A stretch of 64,000 nucleotides of DNA from Marsupella aquatica (GCA_973895155.1 OZ316893.1:21064955-21128954), one strand, 5' to 3'. Positions 1 through 13,574 are shown, numbered from the stretch's first letter. Numbers and translations are program-made. Notes: generated by a model from the sequence alone, not told the origin.

Positions 1-279
1 TGTTAACTAGGGTTAGAGTAAACCCTAGTTGAAGAGTTGGTCCTTATCTCTACTTCTATGTGGTGTGAGAACACACAAGAGAGTTCTCAAGAGAGAACAC
101 AGTGATATAGCAAGAGATGAGAGCTTGAAGAGATGGGAGCTATGGTGATGCTTGAGTAGACACATAACCGTTAATAAAGCTTGGTCTTCCCGTGGACGTA
201 GCCAACCTTGAGGCGAACCACGTAACTATTGAGCACGTGTATGTTTGGAGTGTTTTTCTTGATCTGATTTCTCCCCACA
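1..279 (+). mobile_element. Ty1/Copia-type LTR fragment (solo or 3' LTR; may begin upstream of the window)
   Basis: AATAAA at ~173, then CCCGTGGACGTAG...GAACCACGTAA (189-225), a motif typical of plant Copia LTRs. Ends ...CCCCACA at 279 with no PBS after it. Confidence 0.55.
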
Positions 280-294
280 GTTCGCACCTCCTCC

Positions 295-672
295 TTGCCC
301 CTTCAGCATAGGGCCTTGGGCCCAGTAATGAAGTGCCCCCAAAGGAAGGGAGCATTTAAAGCTCTCCCCCCCTCCCAATGCCTCGCCTCCCCTCCTGGCT
401 TGCGCATAGGGCTTTGGGCCCTCGCCCTTGCTCGCCCAGTAATCAAGTGCCCCCAAAGGGAGGGAGCATTTAAAGTTCTCCCCCCTCCCGCGCGATGCCT
501 CACCTCCCCTCCCCTCCTGGCTCGTGCATAGGGCTTTGGGCCCTCCTTGCCCCTGCTCACACCTGAATGCCCCCTCGCCCTTCTTTGTCTCGGGCTCCCA
601 TGTGTCTTTGTTGGGTTCGTGACTGGCCCGAGGCCCTATGCTGAAGGGGCACTTGATTACTGGGCCCCAGGC
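295..672. repeat. GC-rich fold-back/tandem repeat element
   Basis: Two ~115-120 bp direct units (CCCAGTAATSAAGTGCCCCCAAAGG...CATAGGGCTTTGGGCC). 296-323 is the near reverse complement of 625-651 (TGCCCCTTCAGCATAGGGCC / GGCCCTATGCTGAAGGGGCA). Confidence 0.6.
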
Positions 673-1515
673 CCTCCCATCCGATTCTCGCTCCGCCGAC
701 GACAAAGACTGGCGATGACGGGGCGAGGCAATTCAAGAGCCCTGGCAAGTGAATCAGACGGACACAAAAAAATATGATGTGTGTATCTAACGGTCAGTAT
801 TGATTCCCGCCAAAATTGAAATTTGTAACGGGACGAAGGACAAAATTGGCGGATGGCCTATTATAGTGTTAGATAGGTCTGACAAGAAAATCTAAGTAGA
901 CCCCACATGATTGCCCCATTCAAGTAAAGTAAAAGTATAGACAAAGTACAATACAAATTAAGTTGTGAGTTCAAAAGGGATGATTTATAGGAAAGTGAAA
1001 AAAATTAAGTCTACTAGCCAGGAGTAGATAAGAAAAACTGTTTTTTTCTAATCTCTATAAAGTACTTTTTCCAAGTTACATTAACATTCAATCCTATATT
1101 CTTTATTGCAATAACCTTATTGACCAAAGACTCAATGGCCCCAACAACGAAATGGCCAGAGTGATAAATGATTGTAACAATGAAATGGTTGTACATAATG
1201 ACAAATATCATTACAATGGGGCAATGGAAGTTCATTATGTAATGCAATGCAAGTTAGGGCAATGGGTTTGTATATATGTCATATTTCAAATCACATTATA
1301 AAAAACTATCCCATCTCAAAGAGTTAGTGCAATCTACAAAAGTGGAAAAGGAAGGAACAAACCCTGGAACAAACCAATACCATCAGATATATTTCAATGA
1401 TTTTGACACCCTTGGATTGAGTGAACGGGATCACCTATGAAAGTGAATACCATAATTGGATATTTTTCTTCTAAAGTAGGTATTTACAAAATACATGTGC
1501 TGGATAAGTACTTTC

Positions 1516-1657
1516 CTTGGAATTGATTTTTTTTATAAAAAGTTTTAACCCGCGAAGAACCCCACGGGCAGGGCAAACAAGCCTCACGGCAAAACAAGAC
1601 AACCCCCTCTTGTGGGGGAATCACAAGGGGCACAACAGAAGCCATCTCCAAGAGAAA
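1516..1657 (-). mobile_element. 5'-truncated non-LTR retroelement (LINE/SINE) 3' fragment
   Basis: Flanked by a perfect 17-bp direct repeat, GCTGGATAAGTACTTTC (1499-1515 and 1658-1674). T-run near the left end (~1527-1534) reads as an A-tail on the minus strand. Confidence 0.55.
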
Positions 1658-2069
1658 GCTGGATAAGTACTTTCAAGAATGACATGTGCATTACATTGGT
1701 ATCAGATTTGTTTTTGTTTTTTTGGTAAGGAGAAGAGAAATTTTCATTTTTCTAAGAGATCTTTCATCTTTTGCTCCATGTTGTTTCTTCTTCTCTTTCT
1801 TAATCATGTTGGAAGGGGGAGGGAGGGTGCCAAAGAGCCAGGATGGGAGACTACAAGGAGAGATAGGAAGGGCACAGAAGAGGAGATTGAAGAAAATAAG
1901 GAAAAAACATGAACTCCTCTCCCTCCATATAGCTGAGGGCGACCACACTTGACCCCGTAACACCCCAGCCGCCGCCCGGTCTTGCTTTCCCTCCCATGCT
2001 CTCACCCTCGCCAGAACAATCATTTCTTTCACAATAGCACCTTGGGACATACTTTGCCTCAATATCTTG

Positions 2070-3127
2070 TCCTTGACTTGACAATTTTTCTGTTTTGACA
2101 TATTTTTCTCATCTTAACATCTTTTTATCTCCTCAACTACTTTTTATCATATTGACATGTTTTTTCTCTCCTTGACATCTTTACTTCACCTCAATGTTCT
2201 TTTCAATCTCACACTGACATCTTTTTCTCACCTTGACATCTTTCTTCTCCTCAACATCTTTTATCATCTCAACATCATTTTCTCACCTTGATATATTTCT
2301 TCTTGACAGATTTTCTCTTTGGCATCTCTTACTCACCTCAACATCATATTCTCATTTTCACATTTGTTCTCTCATGGACATGATTTCCTCACCTTAATAT
2401 CATTTTCTCACCTTGACAGTTTTTCTCTCATTAATGTTTTTCTCACCTCAACTTCTTTTTCTCTTCGACATCTTTTTCTCACCTCAACGTCATTTTCTCA
2501 TCTCAATATCTTTTTATCTCCTCAATATTTTCTGGGCTAATTGTATATATATTGTGCCAAAATAATGAGACTTTTATACCCATAAACTACGACAATATTA
2601 CTATGGTTTTTCACCGCAATTGTCTTTCAAATTTGACTTTTATCTTCCCAAAGAAAGCCTTGGAAGCAACACAAAGAGGGGGAGAGGCAAGGAGAAAGGG
2701 GAATGGTGGGCACATGGATGGGAAAAGAGGGAGGGAGAGGCTTCATCTTGCCCCTTCTGGTCGCAGGAAACTAAGGGTGGAAAAAGTGACAAGTTTATTT
2801 TCTCACCTCAAAATCTGTTGCTCTACTTTACATCTTATCTCTCCTAGACATATGTTTCTCACTTGGACATCTTTCCTCTCTTTGACATCTTTTTCTCTCC
2901 TTGACTTCTTTTATCACCTCAACATCTTCTCGAACATCTTTTTTCGTCACCTTGACATTTTTCTCACCTTGACATCTTTTCTGATCCTTGACATCTTTTT
3001 GCTCCTAGACCTCGGTCCTAGACATCTTTTATCACCTTGGCATCTTTTCTCTCCTCGGCATCTTCTATCACCTCGACATCTTTTTCTCACCTTGACATCT
3101 TCGTGCAACGAACGGGCATTGGGCTAG
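2070..3127 (+). mobile_element. Non-autonomous Helitron-like 3' region with ~20-bp minisatellite
   Basis: Degenerate arrays of CTTGACATCTTTTTCTCAC (2090-2530 and 2800-3100). They end in TCGTGCAACGAACGGG (degenerate hairpin), CATTGGG, CTAG (3124-3127), then T, which is the canonical Helitron 3' signature. The 5' end was not located. Confidence 0.65.
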
Positions 3128-4053
3128 TTTTCAATCATATGTTAAAAGTGGACCCACATTCCCCTCATCAAATCTTGTCTTGTGAGAACAAGAAAGGCCC
3201 TAGTGAATGAATTATGTGACTTTTAGGTGGAGTGAGTCCGGAGCTTGTCTTCTAGCAAATAATTCTAGCACAATTTGCTACAGTTTGCTTTACAAGACAT
3301 CTCGCAAGACATTGGGGGCCATAAATCATTCCAAACTCTCCCTTAGCCCTGATACACTATCGTTAGTATGCTCAATGGCCCAGAGATTTGTTTTGGTAAA
3401 ACGGGCAGGGGTAGAAAAACACTCAACCTGTTCCCAAGGTCTAAGATCTTGTAAAGGGGCTAACCCTAAAACTTTTCAATGAGTTTATTTCTGGCAAACT
3501 GAGTAAGAAAAACGCTGCTATATATTGATTAAGCTCAACAATATTGCACTCAGTTATTCACCATTAGGGTGAAGCCTGGTTGTCATCTCAGGTGACAGGT
3601 ACGTATGTACACACTGTAGCTACTTACACATTTGGGCAGGCTGGACCTGGTGATCAGCCCAGCTCAGGTGACCAGGGATGACTTGTGACCGACATGTCTT
3701 AAAAACTTCAATCCCAATCAGTTTCCTTTCTGCAATGGGTTAATTTTGCTTCAATTCATATACCAGTTTACCAATGTGTTACTTAGACTCCAAACTCTCC
3801 TGGGCAAGTTCAATGTGTATTGCACCATAGATGCTTGTGGTAGTTACAGAAATGATTTAAAAAGGAAAAGACGTACATAACCCAGCCATTTTCCTTGCCT
3901 ACAAGCAAGTGGCACGCCTGTACGAAGAAGCAAATGCTGTAGTCAGTGAGCACACAAAAGAGGCTTTGCCACACGGGATGCCAGTTAGGCGCTTAGCTAT
4001 AATAAGTCAATCTGATTAGAAATCAATTTTTTTGCCACAGTGTGTCTGCAAAT

Positions 4054-4253
4054 CAAGAAAAGACTTAACAGGACCCTCTAGCATGTTCTGGACTTATTAG
4101 AAGTCCAGCAAGATGCCATGAAGACCCTAATGAAGACTTAACAGGACCAGTCTGACTGTCCATCGATCTTGCACAGGTCTTGATGGCATCTTACTCACAA
4201 GGGTCTGGTTAAGTCCAGTAGATGCCAAAGGGGTCTTGTTAAATCTTTTCTTG
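4054..4253. mobile_element. Mutator-like MITE, copy 1
   Basis: TIRs CAAGAAAAGACTTAACAGGACC...GGTCTTGTTAAATCTTTTCTTG. 9-bp TSD TCTGCAAAT / TCTGCAAAA (1 mismatch). Confidence 0.8.
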
Positions 4254-5090
4254 TCTGCAAAATAGTAGTAGTAATGCCACAAGCCTACATTTACACCTTG
4301 TTTGGGGTATATCAGGTCCGGCCCAGATGGTCAAACTGGTATTAAACACCTCTACACTACCCTATAAAAATGTAGAGGGAGCTTTCAACAAGTACATGGC
4401 ATGGTAAGCATATTACTTGTTTAATTGGACAGGTAAGTCTAGTCTACATGTGTGGTGAGTTTGCTGTCACTTTCATATGAATATGTCCCTTTTGAAATAC
4501 ACCATTCTTTGGCATGTTTTTAATGCAATTGACTGATCCTATCTTAAAGGTCAACATTATGGAATGCTGGTTTTTCTTGGGGTTTTTCTGCCTTTTGCGG
4601 TAGTGGCGGTGAATGACGGAGGGAGGGAGGCAAATCAAGTCAGAAACTCAGGAATGTTCATGTTAGTGTCTTAGATTTTTTTTCTAGCTGGACATCCATG
4701 TAGTTTAAAGGAGATACCCTAGCTTGTCAGCTAGTATTTCTTGTCTTCCTAGGAGTCTCTTTTCTTCTTCCATGCTTATGTATTCTTGTTTCACCTTTTT
4801 CAGTAAAATGGATCTGACTTCCATTTTTACGTCAACTTGTTTCCATATATGAGACAAGTCAAGTTGTTTCCGTATCATGAGACAAGCAGACATGTGGTAG
4901 GGTGGGCTCCAGTTTTAATAACAGTGGGCAACCCAGTTGACACCCTAGCCCAAAAGTTTGACAAGTACAGACCACTTCCTTGACACAGGAAGTCTATACA
5001 GACAAGTTGAGTCTAAGCCACAAGCTCTATCACTAATTTTTTGGGGCATGAAAGGAGCCCAAATATATTGTCATCAACACTAGTACAAAT

Positions 5091-5303
5091 TGTGTGTTTA
5101 GCCTTGGGACCGGAGGCGATAAGTAACACAAACATGGGGTAAACAGTACACTATGTTTACCTGTGTGTTTAGCCTTGGGACCGGATGGGATAAGTAACAC
5201 AAACATGGGGTAAACAGTACACTATGTTTACTTGTGTGTTTAGCCTTGGGACGGGACGGGATAAGTAACACAAACAATGGGGTAAACAGTACACTATGCT
5301 TAC
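5091..5303. repeat. 71-bp tandem repeat x3
   Basis: Unit TGTGTGTTTAGCCTTGGGACCGGA...GTAAACAGTACACTATGTTTAC starts at 5091, 5162 and 5233. Confidence 0.9.
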
Positions 5304-7634
5304 CCTATCTACGTAGACTTTAAAAGAAGAGTGTAAGTGCAGTTCAACACAAGTCACAGGTACATATGACCAATCATATTGATTTCATATCTTGTCACAA
5401 AAGTGAATCACTTTGAATGACCAAACTTAGCCGATCGTCATTCATATTATGCAAATGACTTGAGTTCTTTGGCCCACTGAATAGTCACATCTTGTCAAGT
5501 TTATATGTACATGTGCAGTCAATGACCTAACTGATTTATCTAGTTACACTATTAAGCGAGTAAATAAGATGCTATTTCTTAGTTCTGTGGCCTGTGGGCC
5601 GGCAGACTTGCCTTATTTGGCTGCTGCCGGTGTTCTGTTTGTTCTGCGGTTAGTACTGGCACCTGCTGGCCTATGGCGGCTTGCTGTGTTGCTACATTTG
5701 GTTTCTTTTAGGAATGCTGTTTTGTTTAGTAATTGGGTGTTTGGTGGCCCTCTGACGGGTTTCTCTGTATTTGAAGGCCAATTGGCTTCCCCTCATCCAT
5801 GGGGTGTACCCCCAATGATCTATAATTGCTGTTAAAATTCTAGAGGAAGATGCAATGTCTTACATGTGTCACGCTTTGTAGTTGCCAAGCTGTAGTCAAC
5901 AGTAGTCAACTTGATCGAGTCACGAATGACACTCACCAAACCACTCTTTTTCTATTAGTATCAGAACATGTTGCTTTTTTTTGGGGATCTTGTCTCCTGG
6001 TTTGGCTTTTTTTGCCCTTGGGCACTGTGATATATAGCCCATGAGTGCAAACTCCAAACTGCACAAGACCCAAAACCCTACTTAGCCACAAACCAAAAAG
6101 CCCGCTAGAGCTACTGCAGGGGGTAAAGCATCCATTTAGTTTGAGCTTGAACCTGGAAATAACCTGGAACCTACTCCTTTGACTCTCAAATGTTTTCTTC
6201 CTGGTTATAATTATCTTTTGTATATCAGCGAACAGATGAAACAAACACTCATATTGTCTAACCTTGTTCCAAGCAAGTGAGCCTCGCTAGAAGGAGATGA
6301 GGGATAGGAGGGATGCCCCTCCTGGAACTGTACAAGTTTTTGTCTTTTGCATACATTGAAACTATCTTAATGTGAAAATTAAAATTTTTGATGTTCATTG
6401 CTAAAAGTAATGATCGAGGCCAATAACTTTTCTCTCAAAGTTGCAAAACAATTTAAGTACTACCAAGATTAGATTGGGCTTGTTATCTAGACATCATCAT
6501 TGTAGGGTTGACTTACGTCCTCACATAGCTTTTGAGTAGCCCTTAGAATAGCGTTGACATTGTGGAAGTTTGAATTCAAAGAGCACGAGGGTAGACTTAT
6601 AAAGTGCCTAGTGCCTAGTGCCTACATTTGGTGGGGACAAGAATAGAATCGAACTAATGGCTGGTCTGCTGCTCCGAAACTGTCCTAGTACCACGTAACC
6701 ACGAGCTCTCGCAGAAGAATGTCAACCAGCAATTTGCAAATCTTTCCGGATTCACAGAAAGGTTTGCTGTCCACGGAGCTGTCGATCATCCTCGACTCAA
6801 TTTTGTCCTCACCTTGTTCCTGAAAATTTGTCGAGCCTACCCACGCGACTAAGTCGAACTGGGCCGCGGGAATATTGGACAGTTCTGTACGTGGTGGTTT
6901 CTTCTTTAAATCTTGTATTTCGGTAATTTCATTCTGCGACTTCTTCCTCACTGCAGATTTTGTTCTCGCCGCCAGTTCAGTCGATCGTTTTGTGAGTATG
7001 TCTGGTTCTTCCTACCCATGAATTGAGTAGTATCAAAATTGAGTGAGAAAGAAGCTAAAGCTAGCTGACCCGCAGTTCAAGCATGGAATCACTTCTGCAC
7101 GAGCACGAGCACTTTGAGGGTCTGATCGAGGTCTACTCAGGTCGCGATTTAGACTTATAGGACAGATTCAACCATCTATATATATAAAAAAAAATTTGAT
7201 AAGTGAGAACATGAATTGAGACATGGGTAGACCCCGGGACGACCCCCAGAACTTGCATGGGCTGCGCTGGTGCATAGCCTTGAAGTTGACACGGATTAGC
7301 ATTGAGAGCGAGAGCAAGATTGATGTTGAAAAGTAGCAACGTGAGAGGCTTTCCGTGGAGCTGAAGATTTCTTAATTGGTCGACGACGAAGTACGAGCCA
7401 GCTTTCACTTCTTCTTCAAAATCCTGACCGAGCTGAGAGGCGTCTGGACAAGAAGCTGGAAATTGCAAGACCAATTCCAATTTGACTGCGTACGTACAGA
7501 GACAGGAAATATGTAGTGCTTGTTAACAGGAAGACCTCTCAAATCACCATTTAAGTTGTCCTGGAAGCTGCTTCTGCTTGACTGATAGCTGGGTTGAGAG
7601 CGCACGGTACGTCTGCAAATTTAGCCTAAAGGTC

Positions 7635-7804
7635 CAAGAAAAGACTTAATAGGACCCCTCTGGCATCTCCTGGACAGCCCAGCAAGATGCCATAAAGACT
7701 TAAGAAGACCCCTGTGACTGCCTATTTTGCCCAGGCCTATTTTACTCACAAGGGTCTGGTTAAGTCCAAGAGATGCCAGAGGGGTCCTGTTAAGTCTTTC
7801 CTTG
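7635..7804. mobile_element. Mutator-like MITE, copy 2
   Basis: ~41-bp TIRs (CAAGAAAAGACTTAATAGGACCCCTCTGGCATCTCCTGGAC, 3 mismatches). Perfect 9-bp TSD CTAAAGGTC at 7626-7634 and 7805-7813. Same family as 4054-4253. Confidence 0.9.
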
Positions 7805-8262
7805 CTAAAGGTCTGCAGAATTTGAATTAGACTGAACTCTAAATCATGTTCAATTGTTCAAGATCTGGAAGGTAGGGCCATAGACATACACACTTTACTT
7901 CCTTTACAATTCAATCACTCGAGTTTAATGATTACATTGCATTCTTTCAACAGGTTGATCTACGAACGGTCATCCATCTGTGACAACTTCGTCATCGACG
8001 TCAACTCAGTCAGTGTCTCGTCGCCGGGAGCAGTTCGCTCTGGAAAAGACTTTGATAGGATGGAGCTCTATATACGGACTGCGAATAACCAGATAGAAGT
8101 GTTTCAGTTCTCACCATTATATATATGGAGAGTACCCCGAGCCGAGTGTTAGTTTAGACTACCATAGAATAAGATTGCAGCAGGAGCAGCGCTTTAGTCG
8201 AAGTGGTACTGTACACTAAGCTTTTGTAAATATACCGTCCTAATTTCTTTGGGACGAGTGCC

Positions 8263-9548
8263 ATGGCGGATTTCAACGACATATTCCACGGTTCGCCCCC
8301 GCCGTGGTGGCTGACAGACGATGGCAACGACGCCGACATAGACGATGAACACGAGAATCAACAACAACCTGGATCGTCCAGCTCTTCAATTCCCATGATC
8401 GGTAAGAAAGGATCATACTTAGCCATTCCAAGGATGCAGTACAATTAGTCGGTCTGGTAGCCAGGTCGTTCTGTATATTGACCGTGGATCCGGACCTATA
8501 GAAATATTACAAGAAATTGACTGTTGCATTGCATTATCGAGATGGTGAGTCGAGAAATCATCCCTGTGACTCGATCTTTTCTGTATCAATTCTGGTAATT
8601 TTATTTCATGTTTAGTTCTATGTGAATGGATCTCCTGTCTAAGAGATCAAAGGGTGCCGTTTCTCGACCGTCTCGATCTTGCAAATTTTCTAGTAATTTA
8701 ATGGACCATTCACATATATGTACATGTAGATGAGAATGTGTAGAATCGTGATTATAATGACGGACTGGCGATAATGCAGCATGCAGTTATACCTCGATAA
8801 TTTGTTTGAATCTGAATCGGGGTTCTCCATCGCGTTCTAGTTCTAAATCATGACGGAGCTTTTGTGTAATGGGGCGGTTCCCTAGCTAGATACTTAAACG
8901 AAACTGCAATCTCCAGCTGTTCTAGGACTGCCTTGTGTTTCAACAATTGACAGATCGATAAACGACTTCACGATGAGGTAGAAAGTTTTACCAATTTCTA
9001 ATAAACAGAGTTGCAAACTCTTTTCTTAGAAGCTTACATAGTTTATATCCATCGAGAGTTATGGCTTGCCTACTCCTATCCCGAAAGCCAAGCACATTAT
9101 CGTGTGAGTGGAACGACGAATATTGTCGTTAGTGTACTTGATTGAGTTTCTGGGAAGTCAAGAAGTACGGGGATCGAACGATTGGATACGAGCCGGAGAC
9201 AGAGCCTACTACAATCGACAATCCACCAAACTGTAAATATCTGCACCACCAAAGAACGTACCAACCTAGCGAAAACGATCATATATTCATCAGAGATAGA
9301 GTCTTCAACTTCTTGCGAGTTTCTGTTCCTCGGTAGATGACTACTATCATTCTTGCATCTTTGGAGTTCGGTCATTTCGTTTCCGGATCACGCAGCTCTA
9401 GTAGAGGCGGAAAATTGCTCCATCAATGTAGTGATATTATCGTTACCTTCTGAATTTTACAAAACGTGCAGGCACGCCTGGGGAGTACTTTGCAGGGAGG
9501 AGGAGAGCGAGTTCAAGCAGCCCAACTAGAGCACGCCGGTATATGTAG
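8263..9548 (+). CDS. Possible small orphan protein (speculative 2-exon model, ~71 aa)
   Basis: GCCATGG start with a TATA-like run at ~8118. Donor G|GTAAG at 8401/8402 is phase-compatible with acceptor TGCAG|9472; TAG at 9546-9548. No recognisable homology. Confidence 0.25.
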
Positions 9549-12500
9549 AACCGGTCGCTCTGTTACCATCCGGCGGAGTCCTATAGGACATGCATGCATA
9601 GTAAGAGAGTCGATCTTACTCGCCAAATCATGATTTGCGTGATGCTTGCAATACGCCGTACCTGTTACAGCAGCTTCGCCTGGTATATGTTATTTTCCAT
9701 GGATCATGTAACATTCTCCATGCTTGGTTTTCATGAATTCGATCGATGCATTGCATGGTGAACAAAAAGCAAGTTTCTTACTAATTGGTCTAACAGCATT
9801 CCATCTGTTTATTTCTGATTCAAACTTTTTATCTTGCAATATCTGACATGGGGAGTCAGCTCAATCTTGAGAGATCTCCGTCTATAATCGGAGTCGGAAG
9901 AACTCAATAGTAATTCAGGTCATTCTTCTAGCTGATCCAACCTTTGAATTCAAACCGATTTTATTGCCTGACTTCTTCTGTATTACTTCAGGGGCCCATC
10001 TGTAAAAATCAATCTTAGTTACGAACCGATACAACAGACTGAGCCACTACGCAGTACAAGAAGAGCATAAGCACGAACATGCATGAAATTGAGACCTCAA
10101 ACATGAATTTTAGGTAATCAACTTTGATTGTTCAAGCGGTGTCTTTGATACACGGCAAAGTTCGTAAATCCTTCCAGAACCTTTTAGATGTACATATGAT
10201 TGCTAAGTTGTACATTTTCAGGACCGTGACACATGGTAGACTCTTTCTGCAGGTACGCGCCGATGAGCCATGCACATATAACCAGCGGTGTCAGTCAAGT
10301 AACTGATATCGCTCGGTGGCACACGGAGTATTGCACTATTCTAATAAATAACGGAGAGCGTAGTAATAATACGACTAACCCCTATCGTCGTATCAGTTTG
10401 TGAACTAGAATGAAAGGAGCTGGGAGGGGTTTTGGGGGAGGATTCCAGCGAGCTGATTGAATTATGAGCACATGAGAGAATGCAATAGTATGCTATGTCC
10501 TACGGTCTGCTTCGCTTTCATCTTTCTCAATGTCCATGATTCAAACTCTGTTCTGCATGGTTCTTCGTGCCTGTTTAACTGCACTGCATGAATGTTTGTG
10601 ATTTGTTGCGCATGTAGACTGGGTAGCAATTAAAGAGGGAGTGGGGACCCCCTCTTTCAACCTGGTTCATGAATTGCATCAGATTGAATCAGGGGGTAAT
10701 ATCTTTGGCCTGCAAGAGGGCAGAGCATCGCTACACGTGCATGCATGGGTTCGAGCCCCAACAAGGATTTACATTCTTTGCATTCCCCGTCAGCTTTAGC
10801 TTGGCAGGGGTGCATGTGTTAAGTCTTGTCTTACACTTTGCAAAATGGTTGAGCAAGGATTGCCTGATAGTCATGAAATGAATGAGTGTCGGTGGTTCGG
10901 ACAATCTATTTTGCTAGCACCCTTCTTCGGTTAGAAGCAAGGTTACAAGTACTTGTCGATATTTTTCAACCCAGGAGTTGATTCGAAACGATGTCGACCT
11001 ATTCCCTAACTTATCAAGTGATTGTGCAGTAAGTTGGACTTATCAAATTTCGACAGACTTCTTTTGGATGTTTTACCACAAAACGAACTCACGTTACGTT
11101 GAAAGTTCTACCGCCTAATGACTACTGTTTGGCACTGCAGCGCGTGCTGCTGATCCCCAGCTCCCGATCGACCACACCTGTAAGCGAGAGTCTGTGTGAG
11201 AGAAGTTATTGACAATGATATGGAGCAACCCTTTACGATTGAAGGGGAAAATGTTTAACATTATTTAACGAGATAGGAATTGCCTACACGCCAAGATCGA
11301 AGTGCCGAATCTTGAGCTTTCATTAGCTCTAGACACATCCTAAGCATACGCTGAAGAACACAACAGGCTGCATCTTCATGCAAGGCCAAGACAATTATGT
11401 TTCGAGGGAAAGGCTGTTTCTGACCTACAGTAGGTTTGGCAGGAGATCGACATCCATGTCTTTCCTCAGACCACGCCTCCCCGTGACGGTCAGGACACAC
11501 GTGGTACAGGGTTTTCTACATAGATCAAGAAACCAGACAAGGACAGGGACCCTTTAAAACGACCTTGGGCTAGTGGGTTTGTGGTCAAGTTGTCGCTGAG
11601 AAATAGAAGAAGGTCCATTCGAGGGTGAAATGACAATTAGTCTGGGTATACTGCCCTGGTCTCTGGTCCCATCCAGTCGTTGTATACCGGTCAGAAACGC
11701 AACGACAGTAATGGCCATGACTGTCTCCTACTAATGTAGCAATAGAGATGCATCGTAGCGAGAAAGGCTGGCTTGTGAGAGGTATGAGATACTTATGTCC
11801 AGTAACAACTGCACAGAAGTAACAACGGGAGGGCGTGCAGAAGGCCAGGATAGATCGATCCCTTGTGTCACTACAGACGATATGGTGACGTTACAAAATA
11901 CTTCCAGATGGCAGGCGATTCATGGACGTCCAGAAATGAAGGTCATCCCGATTTCTAAGATAATATATATGAGATGATAAAAGTAAATTCATGACTGTCT
12001 TCATGGTAATCGAAATGTTTGTTTTTGTGATAGAGTATATGTGATGTGAGTATTGGACCTGAAAAGATGGAGTTTTATGAATTATTCCATCCATTCCATC
12101 ATTCTGTCGAAAGCATTTACAACTGATCGAAGCTGTCCAAAATATGTTGAATAATCTGATTGGGTGAAGACAGAAACGAGCAGATTTCATGGAGTATATC
12201 TCAACCAATGGATTCAATGAAGCTAAGAAGCATCTGGTGTTAATGAAAGCAAGAGATGCACATTACTTGAAGTGCCGAGACTTTTAAACATGACTCCAAT
12301 CGTTTGCACTCTATTGAGAGCATATTTCTTTGGTGTTGTGATGGACAGGTGTTACTGATTTAGTGCTGCAACGTGGGCGACGTGTTTAGAATTGTAAATA
12401 CGTCTCCCTTTGCTACTGTAGGTGAGTGGTCTTCGTCTGGGTGGCGGTATTAAGTGCAGACTCTCCTCTTCCATTTTGGTTTGCTGTTTTGCTGCCACTG

Positions 12501-13574
12501 GTTGATTAGACTTAAAGGTGATAGCTGCAAAGAAGCAATAATCTTATCATGGCGATCCTCGCTTCCTCTCGTGCACTGACAACAAGGGTCCGTGAATTTC
12601 TCAAGCTTTTTCCATCACAGATCCACTTAATTTCTCTCCTTTGTCTAACCCAGAGTAGACATGGAAGTTTAGTTGAGGTGGTCAGCGGCATTTCTGTAGA
12701 ATCATCTTTGGAATTGATGGGGGCTGCATGACAGATAGATGAGCGGCAGGAGATGACTTCCTAGACATGCTGACTTTTGGTACTAGGGGTGTGACAGGCA
12801 AAAATTGTCACATTTATTTGGAAGCTCATTTATTCAGACAAAGCCCTCGGGTCTCTACCCATTAGGTTAGAAGCCCGGAGGAGGTTTGACCCGAACCCTT
12901 TGGCCCGGCGGGACGATTCCAACACAATTTTTTATCAAATTGGACAACCACGACAAGTACTATAGCTATGCCAAAGGTCATGAGGTGGTTGAAGAAAAGT
13001 TCTGCCACAAGGAAAGTATGCAGCTCAAACCCTAGCACATTAAATGGAAAACACAAGTGCCTAGGAGCATTATCTTATTGTGAAACGTGGCTTGCTTTTC
13101 ATGCATGTATAATATTTTTAGAGTAGGAACACCTGTCTAGACCATGAACAGGGACTTTACAAGAACGAGAGTACAAACGTTGAGAGGTCACCTATGTTTC
13201 ACCATTCCTATCCTAAAGTCCATTTCGACTGGCTTCTCCTGACCAAAAAAGGGTGACCAGTTGATGCATTTAATAGTTTCTGCCAAAATGAGAATAAACA
13301 ACGAGGTCGTTTCAGAATGCGAGCGCCATTGGTGGTCTAAACTTTGGCTAGACCTACACTGTCCACATAAGGATTTTGGGGGATCCACATAAGCATTTCG
13401 GGGACCCACTCCAGTCCACGTATGATTGGAAGGAGTACATGTATGATCGGGAGAAGTCCAGTACAAGTGGCCTCTCATTTGTTGTAAATGCAAAAGGGAT
13501 GGTCACTTGATATGAATGGTTGTGATAAAATATTTTACAAAGTCCCCATGAGTACATGGCTTGTTGAGATCTTA

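Noticed and set aside
2319-3127. ORFs 2319-2540 and 2552-3127, and the similar 15532-15977 and 39264-39485 ORFs
   Set aside because: Low-complexity translations of the minisatellite.
6685-6951. 88-aa minus-strand ORF with protein-like composition
   Set aside because: No ATG, no recognisable motif, and no convincing partner exons.
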